Counted from the stretch's first letter, positions 47,126 through 56,839 are shown. The stretch is DNA of 64,000 nucleotides from an uncultured Gammaproteobacteria bacterium (GCA_964588165.1 CAZPMS010000006.1:3425-67424), one strand, 5' to 3'. Notes: generated from the sequence alone by a model not told the origin. Program-made: numbers and translations.

Positions 47126-47821
47126 TCATCCTCTGAAAGCCTCGGCAAATGCTGAGGCTTTTTCTTTTTCTGTAAGATTACGCCACTTACCGGGCGGTAA
47201 ATCTTCCATTTTAATGCTACCAACTCTGATTCTTTTCAAACTAAGCACCTCATAGCCTATATTTTCTACCATCCGCCTTATTTGCCTATTCCAGCCTTGG
47301 TGGACTACAATTCGTAATTTATTATCCGAAACTCTTAAAATCTTATCGGCCTTGGCAATTCCCTCCCTCAACTTGATGCCCTGTCTCAATTTTTTAATTG
47401 ACTGTTCATTAATTACTTGTTCAGTTTCTACTAAATATTCTTTTTCATGTTTGAACTTGGGATGCATTATTTTATTGGCAAAGTCGCCGTCATTAGTAAG
47501 GATAATCAAACCGGATGATTCTACATCTAACCTGCCAACCGGATAAATTCTTTCTTTAATATCAATCTTTTCTATAATATTATCTCTTTTTGTCTCATCA
47601 GTTGTGCAAATAACACCAACCGGTTTATGGTAAGCAATGTAAATTGATGACTGATGATTAATGATTAATTTTTTTCCGACCTTAACTTCATCAGTCTCAT
47701 CAACCTGGCTACCAAGTTCGGCTATCTCATCATTAATAAAAACCTTGTTTTGTTTTATTAGTTCATCAGCTTGCCTGCGTGAACAGTGTCCGCTTTCGGC
47801 TAAATATTTGTTTATTCTCAT
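47126..47821 (-). CDS. rluB: S4-domain pseudouridine synthase (RluB/RsuA family)
   Basis: N-terminal S4 domain (MRINKYLAESGHCSRRQADELIK) and the catalytic GRLD motif (YPVGRLDVESSGL). Confidence 0.8.
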   Translation of the reverse strand: MRINKYLAESGHCSRRQADELIKQNKVFINDEIAELGSQVDETDEVKVGKKLIINHQSSIYIAYHKPVGVICTTDETKRDNIIEKIDIKERIYPVGRLDVESSGLIILTNDGDFANKIMHPKFKHEKEYLVETEQVINEQSIKKLRQGIKLREGIAKADKILRVSDNKLRIVVHQGWNRQIRRMVENIGYEVLSLKRIRVGSIKMEDLPPGKWRNLTEKEKASAFAEAFRG

Positions 47822-47840
47822 ATTTAATGATTGATGAATA

Positions 47841-47928
47841 ATGATTAATGAATTATCTGTGAGTAATCCCTACCTTCCGGCAGGCAGGCGTGGGTCATCT
47901 GGTGGGTAATCAGTAAATATCTGTGACT
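47841..47928. promoter_or_regulatory. degenerate ATCTGTG / ATCAGTA array
   Basis: attATCTGTGag...tcATCTGGTgggtaATCAGTAaatATCTGTGacttATCCGTGttgaccc. Confidence 0.4.
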
Positions 47929-47974
47929 TATCCGTGTTGACCCTATTTTAACAGATTTAACTATATAAAACTAA

Positions 47975-48095
47975 TTTTTTCACATATAACACGAATGCTC
48001 GCTATTCTTTTACAGATTACACACTAATCCGTGCGCTATTAGTGTTTTATCCGTAAGCAACAGTGTTATTAGTTATTTACGCATAAATGAAAAAG
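47975..48095. repeat. intergenic element R, copy 2
   Basis: See copy 1 at 2388..2510. Confidence 0.55.
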
Positions 48096-48150
48096 CCACC
48101 CATTATAGAGATATGAGCGGCTTATTATGTTCTTCTTTTGAGTTGACGTT

Positions 48151-48645
48151 TTACTTTTTCAGCTTCTTGCCGAAGCCTTCATTGTCAAGAAATGTGAGCG
48201 CTTCAATCCAGAGAATGGCCTTAGCCATTTCTTGTGCGACACACTTCACGTTTCGACCACCAGGACCGTAAGTGAATTTACTGACACCCAGCGGGTATTG
48301 AGTACTGAAAGAGGCAATAATACCCTCAGTCATTTTCTGTTTTCCGCTGGTCTCGATAATTTGAGTTACGATTGGCCACTTAAAGTCATCACGGGTATGG
48401 TTGGATACCACTGCCCCGACTACCATCCCAAGGTTCCAGTTGACATCGCGTAGATGATCAAGCCCTTTGCCCTCAGCAAGCCACTCGTTGACCACCGTTT
48501 TTACTATTGGCCAGCTCCATTGCCAGCAACCAACTCCCACCAGAAGCAAATCACGATTGTCATGTACTCGAATGCCAGCCTTAGAAAACTTTATAAAGTT
48601 TTCTTTTAAAGCCCTTTCCTCTCGATTCTTCTCTTTGAAAGTCAT
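48151..48645 (-). CDS. hypothetical protein, GC-rich orphan (164 aa)
   Basis: AGGAGGAGAAG ribosome-binding site; strongly GC-richer; no recognised domain. Confidence 0.5.
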   Translation of the reverse strand: MTFKEKNREERALKENFIKFSKAGIRVHDNRDLLLVGVGCWQWSWPIVKTVVNEWLAEGKGLDHLRDVNWNLGMVVGAVVSNHTRDDFKWPIVTQIIETSGKQKMTEGIIASFSTQYPLGVSKFTYGPGGRNVKCVAQEMAKAILWIEALTFLDNEGFGKKLKK

Positions 48646-48703
48646 CTTCTCCTCCTAACAATAAGGGGATTATGCTGCGCCACCATTAGCACAGTCTGTT
48701 TAT

Positions 48704-48732
48704 AATGTAACATATTTTTATATTTATGTCAA
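48704..48732 (-). promoter_or_regulatory. sigma70-like promoter TTGACA-17-TACATT (minus strand)
   Basis: The reverse complement of 48727-48732 is TTGACA, the spacer is 17 nt, and the reverse complement of 48704-48709 is TACATT. Confidence 0.4.
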
Positions 48733-48811
48733 GTTTTACTGGATATCAAAAAACTCAATAAAATTGAGCCTTTTTTATGGCTGCCGGGGCTGGATTTTCA
48801 CCCCGCCGTAT

Positions 48812-48886
48812 TGGCTGTGGAGACAGGACTCGAACCTGTAACATTCGCATTAACAGTGCGACGTTCTACCATTGAACTACTCCACA
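48812..48886 (-). tRNA. tRNA-Asn (anticodon GTT)
   Basis: TGTGGAGTAGTTCAATGGTAGAACGTCGCACTGTTAATGCGAATGTTACAGGTTCGAGTCCTGTCTCCACAGCCA. Confidence 0.85.
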
Positions 48887-48975
48887 ACTAATGTAGATAG
48901 ACGAAAATACTGCCCGCCAAAGGCGGGTCCGCCCTTGGCGGAAACTACCCGGCAAACTTGTTCGCCGAAGAGGCG

Positions 48976-49004
48976 AAATAAAAAACCCGCCGAACTTGGC
49001 GGGA
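48976..49004 (-). terminator. intrinsic terminator after the lipoprotein gene 49157..50077
   Basis: Minus strand cccgccaagttcggcggg followed by ttttttat. Confidence 0.6.
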
Positions 49005-49156
49005 TTATTACTTTTTACTAAATAACAACTCACCAAGTTCTAAACCGGTTATTATTGTTTAAATTGTTGTCTTTTCTTAACATATTAATAATTTATCAGA
49101 TTTAATCTATTTGTCAACTCTTCCTAGTTACTAATTACCAGTTACTAATTACCAAC

Positions 49157-50077
49157 TTATGGCTGCAAAGCAGACTGGCTATCCCCTTCTACCTGGATTT
49201 CCACCTCTTTAATTTCTAAATCAGTAACTTCATTTAAAGACATTAAAGTTTTGGCTATCTGGCTCCTGCGCATTTCCATTAAACAACTGCCTCCGCCTTC
49301 ATTTAAATCAGCATTAAAATTAACAATGGCCTTATTATCTTCATAACCAAATGACCTGATCCTGGTATTAATTGGGATAGCAGTTAATAAATTTTCCTGT
49401 TCCAGATCTTCCGGAACCGAAAGCTGAATTAACAACTTTATAATTTCCGGGATTAAACCTAAATCTTCACTAGGCCTTCTAATTGTGGCCGTTTTTACGG
49501 CTGTAGCCTCACAGTTAAAATTTTCTAAACTGGCACTATCAAAATAAAGTTTAACTGTAATATTTTGGCCTTTTTTAGTTGAATCAAACTTAGCAAACGA
49601 GAAGTCGCTTATAAACTTGGCAAATTCAGCTGAGCCCGGTTTGCTATTAGTAACTAAAATTATAAATTCTCCGGTTTCAATTATTGCACCTTCAAACCTG
49701 TTATTATCATTTGTAGTACCAAATAAACTTGTGGCCAAACTGGCAAAAACTTCTGTTTGGCTTTGGCTTTCTATATTATAATCTTTTAAGACTTCGTCTG
49801 CCGTTGTTTGATAAAAAATCTCTACCTTGGTAGTTTCTTCTAGATTTGAAAAACTGACTTTATCGTTAAAACCCTCTAAATTTCCAGTGGAAGTTTCTTC
49901 AACTAAATTATTATTCAAATACCTGGCAGTAAAAGAAAACTTTTCAAAAAGCTCACTTCGATAAATCTCGTAGCTAATTTCAGTCTCTTTTAACTGATCA
50001 TCTTCTTGTTTATTTAAAAAACAACCACTTATTATCAGTGGCACTATTAATAATAGCAATAAATAATATTTCTTCAT
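49157..50077 (-). CDS. hypothetical lipoprotein (306 aa)
   Basis: Signal peptide with lipobox LIISGC; no confident domain (GerMN-like C-terminus is possible). Confidence 0.5.
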   Translation of the reverse strand: MKKYYLLLLLIVPLIISGCFLNKQEDDQLKETEISYEIYRSELFEKFSFTARYLNNNLVEETSTGNLEGFNDKVSFSNLEETTKVEIFYQTTADEVLKDYNIESQSQTEVFASLATSLFGTTNDNNRFEGAIIETGEFIILVTNSKPGSAEFAKFISDFSFAKFDSTKKGQNITVKLYFDSASLENFNCEATAVKTATIRRPSEDLGLIPEIIKLLIQLSVPEDLEQENLLTAIPINTRIRSFGYEDNKAIVNFNADLNEGGGSCLMEMRRSQIAKTLMSLNEVTDLEIKEVEIQVEGDSQSALQP

Positions 50078-50079
50078 AT

Positions 50080-51591
50080 TTAGTGTTTAAAAGCTCTAAT
50101 TTTTGTAAAGACCATAGCCATTTTAAGTTCATCTGCTGCGGCAATTACTTCTTCATCTTTTATTGATCCTCCAGGCTGTACAATAGATTTTATCTCATTT
50201 TGGGCTAACTTGTCAATACTATCTCTAAATGGAAAAAATGCATCAGAAGCTACTGCACAGCCCTTAATATTTTCAGCTGCTTTTTTAATAGCCATATCCA
50301 CAGCGTCTACCCTGGACATTTGTCCGGCACCTATTCCTACTGTGGCTCCTCCTTTTACCAAAACAATAGCGTTGGACTTTACATGCTTAACAACTTTCCA
50401 GGCAAATAATAAATCTTTTAATTGATTTTCTGACGGTTTTTCTTTAGTAACGATTTTTAAATCTTTTTGACTAAGTTGATGGTTGTTATAATCCTGCTCT
50501 AAAATCCCACCAACCACTTTTTTATAATCTTTTTGATTCTTGATTATGGATAATGGGTTATTGATTTTCAAAATCCTAATATTCTTCTTTTGCTTTAAAA
50601 TATTGAGTGCCTCAGCTTCATAATCCGATGCTATAACAATTTCTGCAAAAACTTTGTTGATTTCTTCAGCAATCTCTTTGGTGCATTCTCTATTTAAAAT
50701 TATAATTCCGCCAAAAGCTGAAAGAGAATCAGCAGCATAAGCTTTTTTAAAAGCTTGGGTGATGTTATCAGCTACCGCACAACCGCAAGGGTTAGTATGT
50801 TTAATTACTGCGGCTGCCGGTTCATCAAACTCTCTGATTAGATTTAAAGCACCATCAGCATCTAAAATATTGTTATACGAAAGTTCTTTTCCATGAAGTA
50901 CCTCCGCATTAATAATGCCTTGCCCCTTGTTACCTGCCCCTTGTTCCTCAAAAAGAGCAGCTTTTTGATGTGGATTTTCACCATACCTTAAATTATATAG
51001 TTTTTTAAAGTTAAGTGACAAATTCTTTCCTCCTGAAAAATAATCGGCAATCATAGCATCATAATCAGCCGTATGACAAAATGCTTTATAAGCCAATTCC
51101 TTTCTTAAATCTTTCAGTCTTTCAATCTTTTTATCTTCAACTTCAGACAAAGCTTCCAAAATCATATTATAGTCCTCAACATCACTGACAACTGTAACGT
51201 CTTGATAATTTTTAGCTGCCGCTCTTAATAAAGTAACACCGCCAATATCAATATTTTCTATGCCTGGCTCTTTGTCAAATTGATATAAATTACAGACTAC
51301 TAAATCAATAATAGGTATCTTATTGTCTTCGGCCTGATTAAGATGATCTTCTTTTGATCTATCAGCCAGAATCCCGCCAAATATCTTGGGATGTAAAGTT
51401 TTAACCCGGCCATCCATAATTTCCGGAAAGCCGGTAATTTCTTCCACCTTTTTTAGATTTTTGATGCCTTCCCCCTTTAATAATTTATACGTACCGCCGG
51501 TAGAAATTATTTCATAATCCAAAGAAACCAAACTCTTGGCAAATTCAGCTAAACCTTCTTTATTGCAAACGCTGATTAAAGCTTTTTTCAT
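50080..51591 (-). CDS. purH: bifunctional AICAR transformylase / IMP cyclohydrolase
   Basis: 503 aa; N-terminal MGS-like domain MKKALISVCNKEGL; AICARFT domain. Confidence 0.9.
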   Translation of the reverse strand: MKKALISVCNKEGLAEFAKSLVSLDYEIISTGGTYKLLKGEGIKNLKKVEEITGFPEIMDGRVKTLHPKIFGGILADRSKEDHLNQAEDNKIPIIDLVVCNLYQFDKEPGIENIDIGGVTLLRAAAKNYQDVTVVSDVEDYNMILEALSEVEDKKIERLKDLRKELAYKAFCHTADYDAMIADYFSGGKNLSLNFKKLYNLRYGENPHQKAALFEEQGAGNKGQGIINAEVLHGKELSYNNILDADGALNLIREFDEPAAAVIKHTNPCGCAVADNITQAFKKAYAADSLSAFGGIIILNRECTKEIAEEINKVFAEIVIASDYEAEALNILKQKKNIRILKINNPLSIIKNQKDYKKVVGGILEQDYNNHQLSQKDLKIVTKEKPSENQLKDLLFAWKVVKHVKSNAIVLVKGGATVGIGAGQMSRVDAVDMAIKKAAENIKGCAVASDAFFPFRDSIDKLAQNEIKSIVQPGGSIKDEEVIAAADELKMAMVFTKIRAFKH

Positions 51592-51785
51592 ATTTGACTG
51601 ATTTACTTATTTTTGATAATTTTTAATTATACTGTTCTTTACTAGGAGTTTAAGATGAGCGATGAAAAACCAGATACCGAACAAGATGAGCCCACCCCAG
51701 CAGAATTAAGTGGAATGGGACTAGCACATGATTTGTGCGGCAAATAACATCTACCCAGGACCGCCTCTTTACTAAGTTGCGGTTT

Positions 51786-52370
51786 TTATTTCGCCTCTTC
51801 AGCGAACATTTTAATGCCTTCTAAAATAACTTGCTGTTCTAATTTTTGAACCTTATTTCTTAATGACTCTACGGTTTCATTTTCAACAATTTTAACTTTT
51901 TTTTGAATAATGGTTGGGCCCCCGTCCAAATCTTCATTTACAAAATGCAAAGTGCAACCGCTTTCTTTTTCTTTATTAAATAAAACTTCTTTATGAACAT
52001 CCAAATCCATACCCGGATATTTAGGCAACAGCGAAGGATGAATGTTCATTATTCTATTTTTATACGGATTGATAATAACTGATGTCATTATCCGCATATA
52101 ACCAATTAGTACTATCAAATCAATTTTATGCTCCTGGCAAACCTTTAAGCATTCTGCATCAAATTTTTCTCTGTTTTTATTTTTTTGATTAATGTAGATG
52201 GTATTAATACCGGCTTTACGGGCACGTTCCAAAGCATAACAATCTTTTTTATTGGATAAAACAAACTTTAAATCAGCAAACTCAAGATTACCAGATTCCT
52301 TAGCGTCAATTATAGCTTGTAAATCTGTTCCTTTGGTTGAAGCAAATACTGCTAAATTGATTTTATTCAT
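51786..52370 (-). CDS. purN: phosphoribosylglycinamide formyltransferase
   Basis: 194 aa with a NIHPSLLPKYPG motif. Confidence 0.85.
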   Translation of the reverse strand: MNKINLAVFASTKGTDLQAIIDAKESGNLEFADLKFVLSNKKDCYALERARKAGINTIYINQKNKNREKFDAECLKVCQEHKIDLIVLIGYMRIMTSVIINPYKNRIMNIHPSLLPKYPGMDLDVHKEVLFNKEKESGCTLHFVNEDLDGGPTIIQKKVKIVENETVESLRNKVQKLEQQVILEGIKMFAEEAK

Positions 52371-52378
52371 AATTTTAT

Positions 52379-52560
52379 CGACGAGGATAAATTCCTCGCC
52401 TGCGGAATATTATATTTATTAGCGAGGCTAAACCCTCGCCTGAACGATCTACTATCCCCAAAGTTGAGCAGAGGGTTTAGCCTCTGCATAAAATCCGTAG
52501 ACTATAAATGTAATAAATTACTTAACAAAATACCGTAACAGAGGAATTTATCCTCTGCAA
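52379..52560. repeat. ~180-bp composite nested palindrome in the purN-purD spacer
   Basis: gaggataaattcctcgcc...gcgaggctaaaccctcgcc...gcagagggtttagcctctgc...cagaggaatttatcctctgc; the outer and inner arms are mutually reverse-complementary. Confidence 0.7.
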
Positions 52561-52562
52561 AT

Positions 52563-53933
52563 TTAAGACTTTAATTCTTCCATCATCTTAATTCTTTTTT
52601 CTATCAATTCCTTAGTTCCAATATCCGGCCTATAGAAAACCGGACCGGTTATCTTTTTTATTTCTGCTTCTACCATTTTTTCTGCTTCATATAAATCTTC
52701 ATGAATACCCACTAATGCCACGGCCCTGGAACCGGCTAGATACAGGCCGTCTTCTCTTTGATCGACTGAGGCATAAAAAACTTTAACTTTAGACTGGTCT
52801 ACTTTAGAAACATCAATCTTTTTATCTTTGGTAGGATTTTCCGGATAACCTTCTGGCACTACATATTTACAGACTGTAGATTTTTTTTGAAGCTCTGGCT
52901 TTAATTGATCTAAATTACCGTTAATAATGGCTGAACATATTTCTAAAAAATCTGCTGATTTGTTGGCGGGAAAAGTTTTAGGCGGGAAAAGTGGCAACAC
53001 ATTCATGGCCTCTGGATCGCCTAACCTGGCATTATACTCAATCAGTTTGACTCCATTCTTAGTTAGCATAAAACCGCCATACAAAAATCCCTTATAGCTT
53101 TTACCAAACTTCTTTTTTAAAGCAACAGCCGTAGCTTCATTTACCCGACGGGCTTCTTTAATATCTTCTTCATCTAAAAATGGTAAAGAAAAATCTGCCA
53201 TAGAATAAGAACCCATGCCACCGGTATTAGGTCCTTTATCATCTACTAGAGCTCTTTTATTATCTTGAACCGCTGGCAGATGTAATAAATGTTCGCCATC
53301 ACAAAAACTCATCAAACTAAATTCCTGGCCAACCAATTTTTCTTCTATAACAACCTTATGACCTGATTCAAAATGTTTTTTTATAATCTCCAGGCCTTCG
53401 TTCATATTTTTAAAATGGTCGCCAGCCACAGTTACTCCTTTACCGCCAGCTAAACCGTCTTGTTTAATTACAAAATTTTCTTCCAAATGTTGAATCCAGT
53501 CTTCTACCCCTTCCATATCTTCACCCAGTCCTTCGCGAAGAGCTGGGTCAAAAACCATAAACTCGGGACTGCCATTTATTTTATAATCCTTAAATAATTC
53601 ACGAGTGAAGGCTTTACTGGTTTCTATCTGGGCTAAATCCTTGTCCGGGCCTACTGATGGAATGCCAACTTGGGATAAAACATCTACTACTCCTTGGCCT
53701 AAAGGAGCTTCTGGACCGATAAGGCAAAAATCAATAGATTTTTCGGTGGCATAACTAACTATAGAAGTATTATTTTTAAGCTCGCCAACTTTATAATCAG
53801 TTGCCAGCTCTTTAGTGCCTGGATTTGTGGATGAGGCAAATACATAAAGCTCTATTTCTTCTTTAGAAGATTTTAAAACAGAAGCCATGGCATGCTCTCT
53901 GGCACCAGAGCCAACTAACAAAACTTTTTTCAT
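52563..53933 (-). CDS. purD: phosphoribosylamine-glycine ligase
   Basis: 456 aa; ATP-grasp motifs; LIEYNARLGDPE. Confidence 0.9.
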   Translation of the reverse strand: MKKVLLVGSGAREHAMASVLKSSKEEIELYVFASSTNPGTKELATDYKVGELKNNTSIVSYATEKSIDFCLIGPEAPLGQGVVDVLSQVGIPSVGPDKDLAQIETSKAFTRELFKDYKINGSPEFMVFDPALREGLGEDMEGVEDWIQHLEENFVIKQDGLAGGKGVTVAGDHFKNMNEGLEIIKKHFESGHKVVIEEKLVGQEFSLMSFCDGEHLLHLPAVQDNKRALVDDKGPNTGGMGSYSMADFSLPFLDEEDIKEARRVNEATAVALKKKFGKSYKGFLYGGFMLTKNGVKLIEYNARLGDPEAMNVLPLFPPKTFPANKSADFLEICSAIINGNLDQLKPELQKKSTVCKYVVPEGYPENPTKDKKIDVSKVDQSKVKVFYASVDQREDGLYLAGSRAVALVGIHEDLYEAEKMVEAEIKKITGPVFYRPDIGTKELIEKRIKMMEELKS

Positions 53934-55456
53934 AATAATGAAGATTTACCGTGGTTATTATTAATATTTGATCTTTCTTGCTTTCTTCGTTTTTCTATTT
54001 CAACTAAAACTTCTTCGTTTATCTCTTCGGTTGGATATTTGCCATCAAAATAAGCGCAGTGCGGCCGGCTGAATTTTAGTTTTCCTTTCCTGGTTACTGC
54101 CTCTATTAAATCATCTAAATCTTGATAAATTAAAACATCTGCTCCAATACTTTGCTGTATTTCTTCTACACTGCGGTCGTAGGCAATATATTCTTCTCTG
54201 GTAGGCAAATCTATGCCATAAATATCCGGCCATCTAAGAGGCGGGCTGGCTGAGCCAAAATAAACTTTTTTAGCTCCATTCTCCCTCATTAACTTAACTA
54301 TATGCCTGGATACATTACCTCTAACAATACTATCATCTACTACCAATACGTTTTTATTTTTGATTTCTTGCTTAATGGCTGATAATTTATATTTGTTGGC
54401 TTTTTGCCTGGCTTCTTGGCCCGGCATTATAAATGTCCTGCCAATAAAAGGATTTTTGTAAATACCCTCTGTATATCTAACTCCTAATTCATTAGCGCAA
54501 GATAGGGCTGCTGTAGTAGCACTTTGCGGTGCCGGAATTACCACATCAATATCTAAACCGGGATGTTCTCTTTTAATTTTTTTAGCTAAGTTTTGGCCCA
54601 TTCTTAATCTGGATCTATATATGCTAACTCCGTTTAAGAATGAATCTACTCTGGCAAAATAAACATATTCAAAAATACAAGGCTTAAATTCTTTCTCTGT
54701 AACTCTTTTAGTTTTAACTTCTCCGTTTAAATCAATAAAAACAACCTCTCCTGGTTCTATGTCCCTATAAAAATCGTAGCCTAAAATTTGCAACATGGTA
54801 TTTTCGGAAGCAAAAATATGTTCAGTTTTAAAACTGGTTTTCCTCTGGCCCCAAATTAGCGGCCTGATTCCATGAGGATCTCTAAAAACAACCATTCCCT
54901 TATCGGCAATCATAGAAACTACAGAGTAAGCCCCTTTTACTCTTTTATGAACACTGCTCACTGCCTGGCAAACTGAATCAAAAAAATCACGATGGCAAAA
55001 CCGCGAAAGTTCATAAGCAAAAACATTTAAAATTACCTCCATATCACTGCTGGAATTTGTATGCCTTAGATCATTTTTAAACAACTCTTCCTTAAGCTGC
55101 CAATAGTTATAAACATTGCCATTATAGGCCATAGAAATTCCATAGGGAGAATTAACGTAAAATGGCTGGACTTCTTCTTTAGTAATAGCACCTACTGTAG
55201 GATACCTAACCTGTCCAATACCCATATTGCCTTTGAGATCAAAAATATCTTCTTGAGAGAAAACCTCTCTTACCAAGCCTAGCCCCCTTTTTTGATGAAA
55301 ACACTTATTATAGGTGGAAATGCCAGCACAATCCTGGCCCCGATGCTGCAAGGCCAATAAACTTTCATATAATTCTGTAGAAACTTGACCATTGCCAATT
55401 ATTCCGGCTATTCCGCACATAAATTTTATAATTAATGAACCATGATCAATAATCAA
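53930..55456 (-). CDS. purF: amidophosphoribosyltransferase
   Basis: Propeptide then CGIAGIIG N-terminal nucleophile; PRTase domain. Confidence 0.9.
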   Translation of the reverse strand: MIIDHGSLIIKFMCGIAGIIGNGQVSTELYESLLALQHRGQDCAGISTYNKCFHQKRGLGLVREVFSQEDIFDLKGNMGIGQVRYPTVGAITKEEVQPFYVNSPYGISMAYNGNVYNYWQLKEELFKNDLRHTNSSSDMEVILNVFAYELSRFCHRDFFDSVCQAVSSVHKRVKGAYSVVSMIADKGMVVFRDPHGIRPLIWGQRKTSFKTEHIFASENTMLQILGYDFYRDIEPGEVVFIDLNGEVKTKRVTEKEFKPCIFEYVYFARVDSFLNGVSIYRSRLRMGQNLAKKIKREHPGLDIDVVIPAPQSATTAALSCANELGVRYTEGIYKNPFIGRTFIMPGQEARQKANKYKLSAIKQEIKNKNVLVVDDSIVRGNVSRHIVKLMRENGAKKVYFGSASPPLRWPDIYGIDLPTREEYIAYDRSVEEIQQSIGADVLIYQDLDDLIEAVTRKGKLKFSRPHCAYFDGKYPTEEINEEVLVEIEKRRKQERSNINNNHGKSSLL

Positions 55457-55483
55457 TTATTATCATGGTTTATGGTTTATAGA

Positions 55484-56839
55484 TTATTTAATATACTTAT
55501 CTACCAGCTTACTGGCTAAACCGATATAATTTTCCGGGGTAAGCTTTAGCAGCTGATCCTTTGCCTGTTTGCTTATCTTTAAACTTCTAATGAATTTATG
55601 AAGCTCAATTTTATTTATAGTTTTTCCTCTGGTTAATTTTTTTAAAGCCTCATACGGTTTAGGATAGCCTTCTTTTCTTAAAACCACCTGGATTGGTTCG
55701 GCTAAAAGCTGCCATTGGTCTGATAATTCCTCTGCTACTTTTTGTTTATTTACTTCTAAACGTGATAAGCCTTTTAAAGTTGATTTTAAGGCCAATAAAC
55801 TATAGCCAATGGCCACGCCTTGGTTTCTCAATACTGTACTATCAGAAAGATCACGTTGCATCCTGGAAACTGCTAATTTTTCTGCTAAATGATTTAGAAT
55901 TGAGTTGGACAGCCCAAGATTACCTTCACTATTTTCAAAGTAAATTGGATTTACCTTATGGGGCATGGTTGATGAACCGACTTCTCCCTTAACTTTTTTC
56001 TGTTTGAATATGCCACGACTGATATAAAGCCAGATATCTTGATCTAAATCTTTGATAATATTATTAACTCTTATTAAATGATGGTAAGCTTCAGCTGATC
56101 CGTCATGAGGCTCTATTTGAGTTGTTAAAGGATTAAATTCAAGGCCGAATGATTCAATAAAATTTTTGCTAAAGCCAAGCCAGTCTACTTTTGGATAAGC
56201 AACCAAATGGGCACTCCAATTACCAACTGCTCCGGAAAATTTTCCTTTTAACGGCAACTGATTAATTTGATCATTGATTCTCTTATAAAAAACTGCTAAC
56301 TCCTTGCCAATGGTAGTTGGGCTGGCTGGCTGGCCATGGGTTAAAGCCAGTAGTGGAGTCCTGCGATGCTTGACTGCTGTTGACCTTAGTTCTTTCAATA
56401 ATTTATTTAAAGATTTTTTATAAGTAGCTAAGCCATCTTTTAACATTAAGGTGTAAGCCAGATTATTTATATCTTCTGAAGTTAAGCCGAAATGAATAAA
56501 TTCCTGATAGTCTTCCAATCTTTTAATCTTCTTAATCTTCTCCTTCAAATAATATTCAACCGACTTAACATCATGATTAGTTGTTTTTTCTATCTTCTTA
56601 ACTTTCTCAGCCTCCTTTATATCAAACTTTTCATAAATAGTTCTAAGTAGCACTCTTTCTTCGTCTGTGAATTCCCGCACTTCCGGAATTTTTGATTCGT
56701 TGGATAAGGCGATTAAATATTCCACTTCAACCTTAAGCCTGTACTTCATTAAAGCACTTTCAGAAAAAATTGAGTTTAGTTCTTTAACCTCATTATAATA
56801 ACGACCATCCAATGGAGAGATTGATGTTAAATTTGACAT
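55484..56839 (-). CDS. purB: adenylosuccinate lyase
   Basis: 451 aa; GSSTMPHKVNPIYFENSEGNLGLSN signature. Confidence 0.9.
   Translation of the reverse strand: MSNLTSISPLDGRYYNEVKELNSIFSESALMKYRLKVEVEYLIALSNESKIPEVREFTDEERVLLRTIYEKFDIKEAEKVKKIEKTTNHDVKSVEYYLKEKIKKIKRLEDYQEFIHFGLTSEDINNLAYTLMLKDGLATYKKSLNKLLKELRSTAVKHRRTPLLALTHGQPASPTTIGKELAVFYKRINDQINQLPLKGKFSGAVGNWSAHLVAYPKVDWLGFSKNFIESFGLEFNPLTTQIEPHDGSAEAYHHLIRVNNIIKDLDQDIWLYISRGIFKQKKVKGEVGSSTMPHKVNPIYFENSEGNLGLSNSILNHLAEKLAVSRMQRDLSDSTVLRNQGVAIGYSLLALKSTLKGLSRLEVNKQKVAEELSDQWQLLAEPIQVVLRKEGYPKPYEALKKLTRGKTINKIELHKFIRSLKISKQAKDQLLKLTPENYIGLASKLVDKYIK

Noticed and set aside
47352-47546. ORF 47352..47546(+)
   Set aside because: Antisense within rluB.
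47900-47930. TTATCCGTG as a DnaA box / origin
   Set aside because: It differs from TTATCCACA at the three critical 3' positions. There is no cluster of boxes and no dnaA gene nearby.
48232-48658. ORFs 48232..48453(+) and 48467..48658(+)
   Set aside because: Antisense within the GC-rich ORF 48151..48645.
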